In this document: in pieces, positions 29,194 through 37,804 of the stretch
Position numbering within the stretch: the stretch's first letter is position 1
How the letters are laid out: the number at the start of each line of letters is the position of its first letter
DNA from: Blastocatellia bacterium
GTDB taxonomy: Bacteria > Acidobacteriota > Blastocatellia > UBA7656
Direction of reading: 5' to 3'
Length of the DNA stretch: 64,000 bases
Assembly: GCA_035275065.1 (NCBI GenBank)
Contig: DATENM010000023.1
Coordinates: forward strand, 71,215-135,214
Translations under genes and position numbers: made by a program
The notes under the pieces: model-generated
Databases searched by the model: none
Told to the model about the DNA's origin: nothing
Seen by the model: the letters and a program-made list of their open reading frames with translations, nothing else

Positions 29194-29712
29194 ATGGAAG
29201 CCACTGACCAAGAAACGTGGGAGCTCTACCTCGCAGGTATTCCGCCCGGCAAGGAAGCGCTCCTTTGGGTAACCGGCACTGTCACTCTCATAGGAGAAAT
29301 CACGATGCATCCTTTACGCAAACTACGGGAAGCTGGTAAAGCCACGCCCGCCCAGGTGAGCGCGCTGCTTGCCGAAAACATCGTATTCAAAAGCCCGATC
29401 CTGGTACGGCCGATTGAGGGGCGTGAAGTCATCGCGGCGATTTTCGCTCAGTCGAGCTCTACGCGTGGTTCCGGTACCTATACAGCCGAGTTTAAGCTCG
29501 ACGAGCGCACCACCTTCTTGCGCTGGCAGGGGACCATGGATGGCCACAAGATCGAGAGCTTGGAGGTCATCGTGGACAACGAGCAGGGGCTGATCGTGGA
29601 GCGCACTATTGCTCTTCGTCCGTATCCGGCGGTGAAACTGTTCCGCGACGCCATGTATGCATCGCTCAAGGATAAGCTGCCGCCCGATGTTTGGGACTAC
29701 CCAACGCCGTAG
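29194..29712 (+). CDS. SnoaL-like / NTF2-like family protein
   Basis: The pattern ...VSALLAENIVFKSP...GREVIAAIF...LRWQGTMDGHKIESLEVIVDNEQGLIVERTIALRP is typical of SnoaL_2 / NTF2-like proteins. The start could alternatively be the internal Met MHPLRKL. Confidence 0.45.
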   Translation: MEATDQETWELYLAGIPPGKEALLWVTGTVTLIGEITMHPLRKLREAGKATPAQVSALLAENIVFKSPILVRPIEGREVIAAIFAQSSSTRGSGTYTAEFKLDERTTFLRWQGTMDGHKIESLEVIVDNEQGLIVERTIALRPYPAVKLFRDAMYASLKDKLPPDVWDYPTP

Positions 29713-29849
29713 TGTGACCACGACGGGTCTTTTCAGATCGTTTCCTCACCATAGGAAGCATTAGCGGGGGGCAAAGTTGACACAATGCCTGTTCGTGGTT
29801 GCTGGATCACGCACGGATTCAATCAACGATACCTGAAGGAGTAATCAGT

Positions 29850-30374
29850 ATGAGACGAAAAACTTTCTTGCTTATTGTAGTTGCAATCGTGGTCGGCGTT
29901 GTCGCTTACAAGGCCCCCGCGTCTGGACAAACTGATGGGGAGGCCGCACCAGTCTTCGTAACTGAAATCCCCGCCGGATACCGCGACTGGAGGTTCATCT
30001 CTGTCGCACACGAGGAAGGCAACCTCAACAGTTTCGCTTCCGTTTTGGGCAACGACATCGCGATCAAGGCCTACCGCAAAGGCAAGCTTCCATTCCCAGA
30101 CGGCGCCATTATTGCAGCCCTACACTACCGCTTCGTCCCGTCTGCGGAAAACAATAAAGCTTTTGGGCGTGATCAATCGTTCGTCGCCGGGGCGCCGACG
30201 AACGTGCAGTTTATGATCAAGAACTCGAAGAAGTATGCCGCTACTGGAGGTTGGGGGTTCGGTCACTTCAACAGCGACGGCAAACCAGTTGACGACGCAT
30301 TTATGAAGACTTGCTTTCCTTGTCACCAGAAGATGAAAGAGAGCGATCTGGTCTTCACCCGTTACGCGCCTTGA
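29850..30374 (+). CDS. Cytochrome P460-family haem protein with a signal peptide (paralog 1)
   Basis: MRRKTFLLIVVAIV... is a signal peptide. A C-terminal CFPCH (CXXCH) motif is followed by ...DLVFTRYAP. It is paralogous to 41172-41738. Confidence 0.7.
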   Translation: MRRKTFLLIVVAIVVGVVAYKAPASGQTDGEAAPVFVTEIPAGYRDWRFISVAHEEGNLNSFASVLGNDIAIKAYRKGKLPFPDGAIIAALHYRFVPSAENNKAFGRDQSFVAGAPTNVQFMIKNSKKYAATGGWGFGHFNSDGKPVDDAFMKTCFPCHQKMKESDLVFTRYAP

Positions 30375-30585
30375 TACGCGGAACGACCGAAGAAAAGAAT
30401 GAGGCGATGGCCGCGCACAAACCGCCAATCAAGGATTCAATTGCTTTCCGGTGCATCAAGCATATGAATGCCCCTAATAGGATGACTATAAAAACGAGCA
30501 GCGTCAGAAAGAATCTAACCTTGTGCCGCCCCGGTCGCTTTGCACCTTGATCGTACCAACCCGGCGAGATGAAATGATAAGTCAT
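30355..30585 (-). CDS. Small hypothetical membrane protein (two hydrophobic segments)
   Basis: 76-aa ORF with two hydrophobic stretches (FFLTLLVFIVILLGAFICLM and LIGGLCAAIASFFSSVV) and a weak RBS. It could be a shadow ORF. Confidence 0.25.
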   Translation of the reverse strand: MTYHFISPGWYDQGAKRPGRHKVRFFLTLLVFIVILLGAFICLMHRKAIESLIGGLCAAIASFFSSVVPRIKARNG

Positions 30586-30697
30586 CCACAGCAGCGGCGC
30601 GTACCCGGTATAAGAGTGAGCCCTGAACGTCTGGACGCCATGAGAAATCCTCGGCTATAGTGCCTTCATCGCGCTACACTACAAGCTGAGGTCTCAA

Positions 30698-31930
30698 GTG
30701 GCGCTGGCACAGCACACACCGAAAGCCTTCCGCAGTTTTCAAGCCCGCCAGTCTGGCGACCTGGACTCGGCTGAGTGCTGGCGCTTGCTGAGGCCAAATG
30801 CAAGCCTCGCGACGAGCCCCTCAACGCACCCCCGTGTGACTGCAATCATCAATTCAATTTCCGCACTGGGCAAGCTCAGATGGCCAAGCGTCCTGCTGCT
30901 AGGCTGCTGCTTGCTGCTCAACGGTTGCCGCCCGCAATCGGGCAGCGTCACTCCCTCCATCGAGCTCACCAGGATTCCTCCGGCAGAAGCGGGCCGCATG
31001 GACAAGCTCGACATTATTCAAGGGCGGGTGACCGGCGCCCGTCCCGGGCAGCAGATCGTCTTATATGCCAAGGCGGGGGCATGGTGGTTACAACCCCTGT
31101 CGAACATCCCCTTCACAAAGATTCAGGCAGACTCAAGCTGGATCAACTCAACTCACCTTGGGTCGGCTTATGCGGCGCTGCTAGTCGAGCCAGGGTATCA
31201 GCCCCGCACCACGATGAGTGCGCTGCCAGAGCCGGGCGGTGATGTGGCGGCTGTAGTCATGGCGGAAGGCGCAACATCCGGGCCAAGCACCTCTCCTCCG
31301 CTTTCCTTCAGCGGCTATGAGTGGCGTGTACGCAGTGCGCCAAGCAGCCGCGGCGATACCATGAATCTCTACGACCCGGCCAATGCTTGGACTGACGCCG
31401 ACGGGGCGCTGCATCTCCGCGTCGCGAAGCAGAGTGGCAAATGGACGTGCGCGGAGGTGACCCTCACGCGTAGTCTTGGCTACGGCACTTATTCTTTCGT
31501 CGTGCGTGATACATCACAATTTGAGCCGGCGGTCGTTTTAGGCATGTACACCTGGGACTACGCCGGCGACGATCAGAACAACCGTGAGATGGATATAGAG
31601 ATCAGCCGCTGGGGCGATCCGACCAGCAAGAATGCGCAATATAATATCCAGCCTTTTTTTGTGCCGGCTAACGTAGCTCGCTTTACAACGCCCAGCGGAA
31701 TGCTCACTCATTCATTCCGCTGGGAGCCGGGAAGAGTAGCTTTCAGAACCGTTCGCGGGGCGATAAACGATCCTCGCTCTGATGTCGTCGGCGAACATGT
31801 CTTTACGTCGGGCGTTCCTTCTCCCGGTGTGGCATCGGTACGAATGGCGCTTTATGTCTACGGCAAGACCGATAACCCGGTGCAGAATGGCGCCGAGGTG
31901 GTCATCGAGAAATTTGAATACCTTCCGTGA
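30698..31930 (+). CDS. Lipoprotein with an N-terminal sensor-like domain and a C-terminal GH16-like (ExDxE) glucanase domain
   Basis: A lipobox LLLNGC lies at about residue 80, so the true start is likely downstream of 30698. The following ~110-aa domain is shared with the kinase at 35171. The C-terminus has EMDIEISRWGD, a GH16-style ExDxE motif. Confidence 0.5.
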   Translation: MALAQHTPKAFRSFQARQSGDLDSAECWRLLRPNASLATSPSTHPRVTAIINSISALGKLRWPSVLLLGCCLLLNGCRPQSGSVTPSIELTRIPPAEAGRMDKLDIIQGRVTGARPGQQIVLYAKAGAWWLQPLSNIPFTKIQADSSWINSTHLGSAYAALLVEPGYQPRTTMSALPEPGGDVAAVVMAEGATSGPSTSPPLSFSGYEWRVRSAPSSRGDTMNLYDPANAWTDADGALHLRVAKQSGKWTCAEVTLTRSLGYGTYSFVVRDTSQFEPAVVLGMYTWDYAGDDQNNREMDIEISRWGDPTSKNAQYNIQPFFVPANVARFTTPSGMLTHSFRWEPGRVAFRTVRGAINDPRSDVVGEHVFTSGVPSPGVASVRMALYVYGKTDNPVQNGAEVVIEKFEYLP

Positions 31931-34900
31931 CTGGAACATAGAAGCTCGCTGGCCATTCAGGTGGCTGGTGGCGGGGCTGATCATGGTCTCTTTTGCGGCT
32001 AGCACGCGGGCCTTAGATCCTAATCGGGCGATGTCCGACTACGTGCGTGACCGATGGGTCAACGAACAGGGATTTCCGGGCGGGCCTGTCTACGCCATTA
32101 CGCAAACCGCCGATGGGTATCTCTGGGTCGGCACGGAGAGGGGGCTGGTTCGCTTCGACGGATTAAGCTTCCGCCTGTTCGATCATACGAACTCTGCCGC
32201 GCTTCCGGCTGGTCCCATTCTCGACCTGATGGCAGACGTTGACGGAAGCCTCTGGATACGACCGCAGAGCCGGAATATGCTGCGTTACCAAGACGGAGTC
32301 TTTCAAGATGTCATGGCTGACCTCGACCCGGCGCGCCCAGGGGTCACGGCAATGTGTAGAGGCCCGCGTGGCGAAGCGCTGTTTGCGGTGCGCGGCTCGG
32401 GCATCTTCAGGGATGACGGTGGAAGATTTGTAAAGCTGGCCAGCACGGCTGAACATTCTAACTGGCTGGTCATCTCCCTGGCGGAGATGGCCGATGGCAA
32501 AGTCTGGGTAGGAACCAGAGATGCCGGCCTCTTTTCTATGAGCGATGGCCAGCTTGTCGCCTTGACGAATGGGGTGCCTGACAAAAAGATCAATTGTCTT
32601 CTGGCGGCTGGGGGTCGTGAATTGTGGGTCGCCACTGACAGTGGCATCGTGCGACAGAGCGGCGACGCGCCGGCGATGGTTCGCGGCACGGGCTCGCTCG
32701 ATCAAACGCAGGCCCTTGCAATGCTCAGCGACCGCCAGTCGAACATCTGGATCGGCACCAGCAACGGACTGTTGCGGGTCAACGCCAGCGGGGCGGCTTC
32801 ACTGGAAGCAAACGACCGCCGTTCGACCGGGGCTGTGAACACGATTTTTGAAGACCGCGAAGGCAATCTCTGGGTCGGAACGACGCAAGGTCTTGAGCGC
32901 CTGCGTGACACAGCTTTTATGACCTATGCGGTTTCGAGCGACTCTGCGTCACAGGGGAATGGTGCCATTTACGTTGACGGCGATGGCCGCACCTGGTTTG
33001 CCCCTTCGAGCGGCGGGCTCTTTTGGCAGCAGGGCGGACAGACGGGACAGGTGAAGAACGCCGGACTTGACCGAGACGAAATCTATTCGCTCGCGGGCAG
33101 TGCAGGCGAGTTGTGGGTAGGCCGTCGGCGAGGCGGGCTGACCCGGCTCAGGTACAACGGGAGTTCCTTCACGGCTGAGACCTATACGCGGGCCGGCGGA
33201 CTCGCTCAAGACAGCGTCTACGCCGTTCATCAGAGTCGCGACGGCAGCGTCTGGGCGGGAACCGTCAGCAGCGGCCTCAGCCGGCTGAAGGACGGCAAAT
33301 TCATCACCTATACAACCGCACAAGGTCTGCCCTCGAACTCTATAACCTCGATCCTGGAAAGCTCCGACGGGAGCATGTGGTTCGGGACGGCGAACGGATT
33401 GTGTTGGTTATCACATGATCGCTGGGCAGTCTATACGGACCTGGATGGCCTGCCACCTGGAAACATCAACTGTCTGATGGAAGATTCCAGCGGCATGATC
33501 TGGATCGGCACCGACAACGGGATTGCGATTCTCAGTGACGGCGACATTCAAGTTCCTCGTGAAGTGCCCGAAGCCTTACATGCAACGATATTGGGATTAG
33601 CCGAGGATCAGAATGGGCGGCTCTGGATCGCGACGACTAATCATGTATTGCGAGTTGACCGCGACCGGATACTGAGCGGCGTGATCGTCGAAACCGACAT
33701 ACGAGAGTTCGGTCTTGCCGACGGGTTACGCAGTGTCGGAGGAGTAAGGCGCCACCGGTCGGTCATCAGGGACGCGCTCGGACGCATCTGGCTGTCTACC
33801 GGAAGCGGGCTTTCGGTCGTTGATCCGCGGCAGGTGGCAGACCGTTCAACCCCCGCTCTGGTCCGCATCGAAGGGGTGACGGCGGATGGCAGCGCCGTTG
33901 ATCTTCATGGCGCGCTACATATTTCAAGCGCCCGCCAAAGGATCATCTTCAGCTATGCGGGCCTGAGCCTCACGGTGCCTGATCGCGTCAGGTACAAGTT
34001 TAAGCTGGATAGCTTCGATCAAAACTGGAGCGAGCCGGTCGCCAGCCGCGAGGCCGTCTACACGAACCTCGACCCCGGCCCCTATCGCTTTCGGGTCATG
34101 GCAAGCAACAGCGACGGACTCTGGAATAGTGCGGAATCAATCATCCAAATCGAGATTGATCCGGTATTCTGGCAGACCTGGTGGTTTCGCCTCTCAGTCT
34201 TGATGTCTATCGCGCTGGCCGTACTCGTCTTTTACCGCTTGCGCCTGCATCATCTAGCCAAACAGTTGAACCTGCGGTTTGAAGAGCGGCTCGCCGAGCG
34301 CACGCGCGTTGCTCAAGACTTGCACGACACCTTGCTGCAAGGGTTCTTGAGCGCGTCGATGCAGCTCCACGTCGCCGCCGATCATTTGCCCGAAGGGTCG
34401 GCGGCAAAGCCGCTAGTCAATCGCGTGCTCGACCTGATGCGGCAAGTGATCGAGGAGGGGCGGACGGCGCTGAAAGGTCTGCGTTCGTCTGATCGCGGCA
34501 TTCACGATCTCGCCCAGTCATTCTCCGACATTCAGCAGGAACTCGCCCTCGAAGCGCGAATAGATTATCGCGTCAGCGTCGAAGGGCGTCCCAGGCCCTT
34601 ACACCCTGTCATCCGCGATGAAGTCTACCGCATCGGTCGCGAAGCCGTGGTCAATGCGTTTCGTCACTCCCGTGCCGACACCATCGAAGTTGTGCTCGAA
34701 TACGCGTCGAAACAGTTAAGAATGCACATCCGCGATAACGGCTGTGGGATTGATCCGCAGGTGCTCAACACAGGGCGCGAAGGGCACTGGGGACTTTCAG
34801 GCATGCGCGAGCGGGCCGAAGAGATTGGTGCGAGGCTGAGACTCTTTAGCGCCGCCGACGCCGGTACGGAAGTCGAACTCCTCATCCCCGGCCATATCGC

Positions 34901-35000
34901 CTTTGAAACTTTGCCCTCTGACCGCCGCCGGTGGGTCGCCAGATTGATTGCGCTAAAAACAAGGCCGGAAAAGGCAAAAGCCAAACGGCAAGGAAAGTAG
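31887..35000 (+). CDS. Sensor histidine kinase with a periplasmic beta-propeller (Reg_prop / Y_Y_Y) sensor, one TM segment, HisKA_3 and HATPase_c; no receiver domain
   Basis: It has repeated ...LW(V/I)GT..GL.R... propeller motifs, a TM segment WWFRLSVLMSIALAVLVFY, the HisKA_3 motif ERTRVAQDLHDTLLQG and a C-terminal ATPase domain. The start is uncertain, with candidates from 31782 to 31983. Confidence 0.7.
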   Translation: MAPRWSSRNLNTFRDWNIEARWPFRWLVAGLIMVSFAASTRALDPNRAMSDYVRDRWVNEQGFPGGPVYAITQTADGYLWVGTERGLVRFDGLSFRLFDHTNSAALPAGPILDLMADVDGSLWIRPQSRNMLRYQDGVFQDVMADLDPARPGVTAMCRGPRGEALFAVRGSGIFRDDGGRFVKLASTAEHSNWLVISLAEMADGKVWVGTRDAGLFSMSDGQLVALTNGVPDKKINCLLAAGGRELWVATDSGIVRQSGDAPAMVRGTGSLDQTQALAMLSDRQSNIWIGTSNGLLRVNASGAASLEANDRRSTGAVNTIFEDREGNLWVGTTQGLERLRDTAFMTYAVSSDSASQGNGAIYVDGDGRTWFAPSSGGLFWQQGGQTGQVKNAGLDRDEIYSLAGSAGELWVGRRRGGLTRLRYNGSSFTAETYTRAGGLAQDSVYAVHQSRDGSVWAGTVSSGLSRLKDGKFITYTTAQGLPSNSITSILESSDGSMWFGTANGLCWLSHDRWAVYTDLDGLPPGNINCLMEDSSGMIWIGTDNGIAILSDGDIQVPREVPEALHATILGLAEDQNGRLWIATTNHVLRVDRDRILSGVIVETDIREFGLADGLRSVGGVRRHRSVIRDALGRIWLSTGSGLSVVDPRQVADRSTPALVRIEGVTADGSAVDLHGALHISSARQRIIFSYAGLSLTVPDRVRYKFKLDSFDQNWSEPVASREAVYTNLDPGPYRFRVMASNSDGLWNSAESIIQIEIDPVFWQTWWFRLSVLMSIALAVLVFYRLRLHHLAKQLNLRFEERLAERTRVAQDLHDTLLQGFLSASMQLHVAADHLPEGSAAKPLVNRVLDLMRQVIEEGRTALKGLRSSDRGIHDLAQSFSDIQQELALEARIDYRVSVEGRPRPLHPVIRDEVYRIGREAVVNAFRHSRADTIEVVLEYASKQLRMHIRDNGCGIDPQVLNTGREGHWGLSGMRERAEEIGARLRLFSAADAGTEVELLIPGHIAFETLPSDRRRWVARLIALKTRPEKAKAKRQGK

Positions 35001-35020
35001 AGCCGTGCGGTAAGCCTGAT

Positions 35021-35100
35021 CCACTACCACTTTCGTGTTATTAAAAAATTACTGACTGTAGGGATTCGCTTTTCAGTTGGAACCCATACTCTACGAGAGG
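35021..35100 (+). repeat. Divergent member of the intergenic element family (CTACCAC...AAAAAATTACTGACTGTAGGGATTCGCTTTTC), upstream of the second kinase
   Basis: It shares AAAAAATT.CTG.CT.TAGGGATTCGCTTT with the copy at 37100-37190 and the CTACCAC motif with copies B and C. Confidence 0.5.
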
Positions 35101-35170
35101 ACTGCTGTACCGCTGGAAACAATCTTGTGAGGCTGACAACGACAGCCTGGCTCCTCCGAAAAAAAGAACC

Positions 35171-36445
35171 TTGAGTTCAGAACTGGAAACATCTACGACA
35201 AGCCGTCTCGCCTGGACGGGACTTCTCCTACTGGCCGTTTGCGGCATGTTAGCCGGCGGCTGTCGCACTCGGCAAACGAACGTCGGGCCGTTCATCGAAT
35301 TCACCCGCGTCCCTCTCGCTGAAGAGGGCGGCCCGGACAAACTCGACGTGATCGAAGGGCGCGTCATCGGCGCGCATTCCGAATTGCAGATCGTCCTGTA
35401 TGCTCGTAGCGGCGCGTGGTACGTACAGCCCTTCGCGAATCAGACCTCCACGCAGATTCAGCCCGATTCCAGATGGCGGAGCGCGACGCACCTCGGAACC
35501 GAGTATGCCGCCTTGCTCGTCGAGCCTGGCTATCAACCGCCAACGGTCACGGACGCGCTACCCGGTGAAGGCAACGGAGTAGTTGCTGCGGCAATGGTGA
35601 AAGGCGTACCGGTCTTCTGGCAGCGGTGGTGGTTCCTGTTGTTGTGTGCGCTGGCTGCCATGTCTGCCCTGCTGGCGCTTTACAGCTATCGGCTACACCA
35701 GTCGGCTCGGCGACTGAACCTGCGCGTTGAAGAACGCCTCGCCGAGCGCACACGCGTCGCCCAGGAACTCCACGACACGCTGTTGCAGGGCGTAATCAGC
35801 GCTTCGATGCAACTGCATGTCGCGGTTGATGGCTTGCCCGAAGATTTGCCGGCGCGCGCTTCGCTCACCCATGTCCTGCATGTCCTGGGGCAGGTCCTTG
35901 AAGGAGGCAGGGAGGCGCTGCAACGTCTGCGCTCGTCTGACAGCGCTGACTCACTTGATATCGAACAGGTATTCTCCTGCATCCGGCAGGAGTTCGTCGC
36001 CCGTGAGCAGATCGATTTTCGCGTCACCGTCGAGGGCCGCCCACGGCCCGTGCACCCGATCATTCGCGATGAAATCTACCGCCTCGGTCGTGAAGCCGTA
36101 GCTCATGCGCTGCGCCGCGCGCACGCCGAGCACGTCGAAGTCGCGGTAGAATATAAAGCCAGACACCTGCGCATTGTCATCCGCGACGACGGTCGCGGGA
36201 CAGATGCGCAAGCGCCAGGCTCAGAGAACGACGAGCGACGAGGTTTGCGCAAGCAAGCCGAAGCCTTTGGCGCGCGGCTCAGAGTGCGAGGCCGGCCCGG
36301 CGCCGGAACCCTGGTTGAACTGACGGTTCCAGGCTATGTTGCTTTCCCAGGCCAGCCCGCAAATCGTTCGTTGAGCTGGCTGGCCGGCTTGTATCCGCTA
36401 AACGCCAGACCGGGATTATCGAAACCCGGTAAGGGAGGAGAGTAA
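35171..36445 (+). CDS. Sensor histidine kinase (HisKA_3 / NarX-like) with an N-terminal lipoprotein-type sensor domain shared with 30698-31930
   Basis: It has a lipobox MLAGGC and a sensor domain (FIEFTRVPLAEEGGPDKLDVIEGRVIG...YAALLVEPGYQPP) more than 50% identical to the GH16-like protein. A TM segment, ERTRVAQELHDTLLQG and an ATPase domain follow. Confidence 0.8.
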   Translation: MSSELETSTTSRLAWTGLLLLAVCGMLAGGCRTRQTNVGPFIEFTRVPLAEEGGPDKLDVIEGRVIGAHSELQIVLYARSGAWYVQPFANQTSTQIQPDSRWRSATHLGTEYAALLVEPGYQPPTVTDALPGEGNGVVAAAMVKGVPVFWQRWWFLLLCALAAMSALLALYSYRLHQSARRLNLRVEERLAERTRVAQELHDTLLQGVISASMQLHVAVDGLPEDLPARASLTHVLHVLGQVLEGGREALQRLRSSDSADSLDIEQVFSCIRQEFVAREQIDFRVTVEGRPRPVHPIIRDEIYRLGREAVAHALRRAHAEHVEVAVEYKARHLRIVIRDDGRGTDAQAPGSENDERRGLRKQAEAFGARLRVRGRPGAGTLVELTVPGYVAFPGQPANRSLSWLAGLYPLNARPGLSKPGKGGE

Positions 36446-37075
36446 ATGAGTGACCCGGCAAGCATCCGCGTCTTTAGCGTTGACGACCACCCCCTGCTGC
36501 GCGAGGGGATTGCCGCCATCATCAACAATCAACCGGATATGCAGATGATCGCTCAGGCGGCCACCGGCGGCGAAGCCATTCAACTGTTCCGACAGCATCA
36601 GCCCGACGTGACGCTCCTGGATTTGCGACTCCCCGATATGAGCGGCATTGATGTCTTGATCGCCCTGCGGTCGGAATTCCCCCAGGCGCGCGTCGTCATG
36701 CTGACTACATTCGAAGGCGACGTAGACATACGGCGTTCGCTTGAGGCCGGCGCGCGCGGTTATATGCTCAAGAATATGCCGCCGAAAGATCTGGTCGAAG
36801 CCATCCGCCAGGTACACGCAGGCAAGAAGCGCATCCCGGCGGAGGTGGCGGCCCACCTGACCGAGTTTTTCGGCGACGATGATTTGACCGGGCGCGAGAT
36901 AGATGTCCTGCGGCAGGTCGCCAGCGGCAACCGCAATCGCGAGATCGGCGAACATCTCTTCATCTCTGAAGAGACGGTCAAGGTGCACATCAAGCACATC
37001 ATGGAAAAGCTGGGCGCGAGCGACCGCACCCAGGCGGTGGCCATCGCCGTACGCCGCGGCATCATCCAGTTGTGA
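36446..37075 (+). CDS. NarL/LuxR-family response regulator (receiver plus HTH)
   Basis: Receiver motif: RVFSVDDHPLLREG...DVTLLDLRLPDMSG. LuxR HTH: LTGREIDVLRQVASGNRNREIGEHLFISEETVKVHIKHIMEKLG. Confidence 0.9.
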   Translation: MSDPASIRVFSVDDHPLLREGIAAIINNQPDMQMIAQAATGGEAIQLFRQHQPDVTLLDLRLPDMSGIDVLIALRSEFPQARVVMLTTFEGDVDIRRSLEAGARGYMLKNMPPKDLVEAIRQVHAGKKRIPAEVAAHLTEFFGDDDLTGREIDVLRQVASGNRNREIGEHLFISEETVKVHIKHIMEKLGASDRTQAVAIAVRRGIIQL

Positions 37076-37099
37076 GTGGCCTGCCTGACACAAGGCGCG

Positions 37100-37190
37100 A
37101 TCACGGAAGTGGTATAAAAAAATTCCTGCCTTTAGGGATTCGCTTTCCGTATGGGATGATTAATCTAAAGTAGAGGAGCGCCGCAAGTAC
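37100..37190 (+). repeat. Divergent member of the intergenic element family (GTGGTATAAAAAAATTCCTGCCTTTAGGGATTCGCTTTCC), upstream of DoxX
   Basis: It resembles the core GTGGTAGCAAAAAACCATTCC of copies B and C, and the 35021 copy downstream of that core. Confidence 0.5.
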
Positions 37191-37217
37191 ACCGATGACG
37201 GTCAAGGAGGCCCGGAC

Positions 37218-37643
37218 TTGCAAAGGCTATTTTTCTCTACATTCGCCGGCGGAAAACCCGGCATCGGCTTGCTGCTGTTGCGAGCCGGTGTCGGTTCGGC
37301 CGCCATCACGCAAGGCGGAGTCTATCTGGCCGACCGCAGCAACCTATCGCTTTGGACGTGGGCCATCGGGTTGTTGGCTATCGTCTGCGGCACCTCTCTT
37401 CTCATCGGCTTTCTGACGAAAGCGGCCTGCGTGTTGACGGCACTCGCGAGCATCGCCGTCGCGCTGCCGTGGCTGCCGGCCCCGCCGCTGAGTCTATTCA
37501 ATAGCAAACCGTCGCTCATCTTCGTGAATATCATGGCTGTCGCGATTATTCTGCTCGGGCCGGGAGCGTTTTCGCTCGATGCCCGTCTGTTCGGACGCCG
37601 CGAGATTATCATCCCGCACAATAACCGCTCGCCCAAATGCTGA
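37218..37643 (+). CDS. DoxX-family membrane protein
   Basis: 141 aa and hydrophobic, with a LLLLRAGVG...GPGAFSLDA pattern. Confidence 0.65.
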   Translation: MQRLFFSTFAGGKPGIGLLLLRAGVGSAAITQGGVYLADRSNLSLWTWAIGLLAIVCGTSLLIGFLTKAACVLTALASIAVALPWLPAPPLSLFNSKPSLIFVNIMAVAIILLGPGAFSLDARLFGRREIIIPHNNRSPKC

Positions 37644-37666
37644 TTGTCGTGCCGCCTGAATCGCGG

Positions 37667-37780
37667 CTACCACAATCGGGGTATCTCCATGCCCCACCGA
37701 CAGTGGTAGCAAAAAACCATTCCTTCTCGTGATGTGATCTTCGCTCTGATCCGCCATAGTGTGGGGTAGGGGCCACAGAG
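37667..37780 (+). repeat. Intergenic element copy B, subtype B/C (CTACCACAATC...AGTGGTAGCAAAAAACCATTCCTTCTCGTGATGTGATCTTCGCTCTGATCC), upstream of the alpha/beta hydrolase
   Basis: About 80% identical to copy C over about 110 nt. It has a nested inverted repeat, CTACCAC/GTGGTAG outside and GGGG/CCCC inside. Confidence 0.75.
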
Positions 37781-37804
37781 ACTACGAACAACGAAGGAGG
37801 ACTT

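Noticed and set aside
29850-30374. Cytochrome c' (class II cytochrome c) as an alternative to P460 for the two CXXCH proteins
   Set aside because: Both families have a C-terminal CXXCH. The length, the signal peptide and the ...FVFTRYAP tail fit what I recall of the P460 family better. This remains unverified, hence the moderate confidence.
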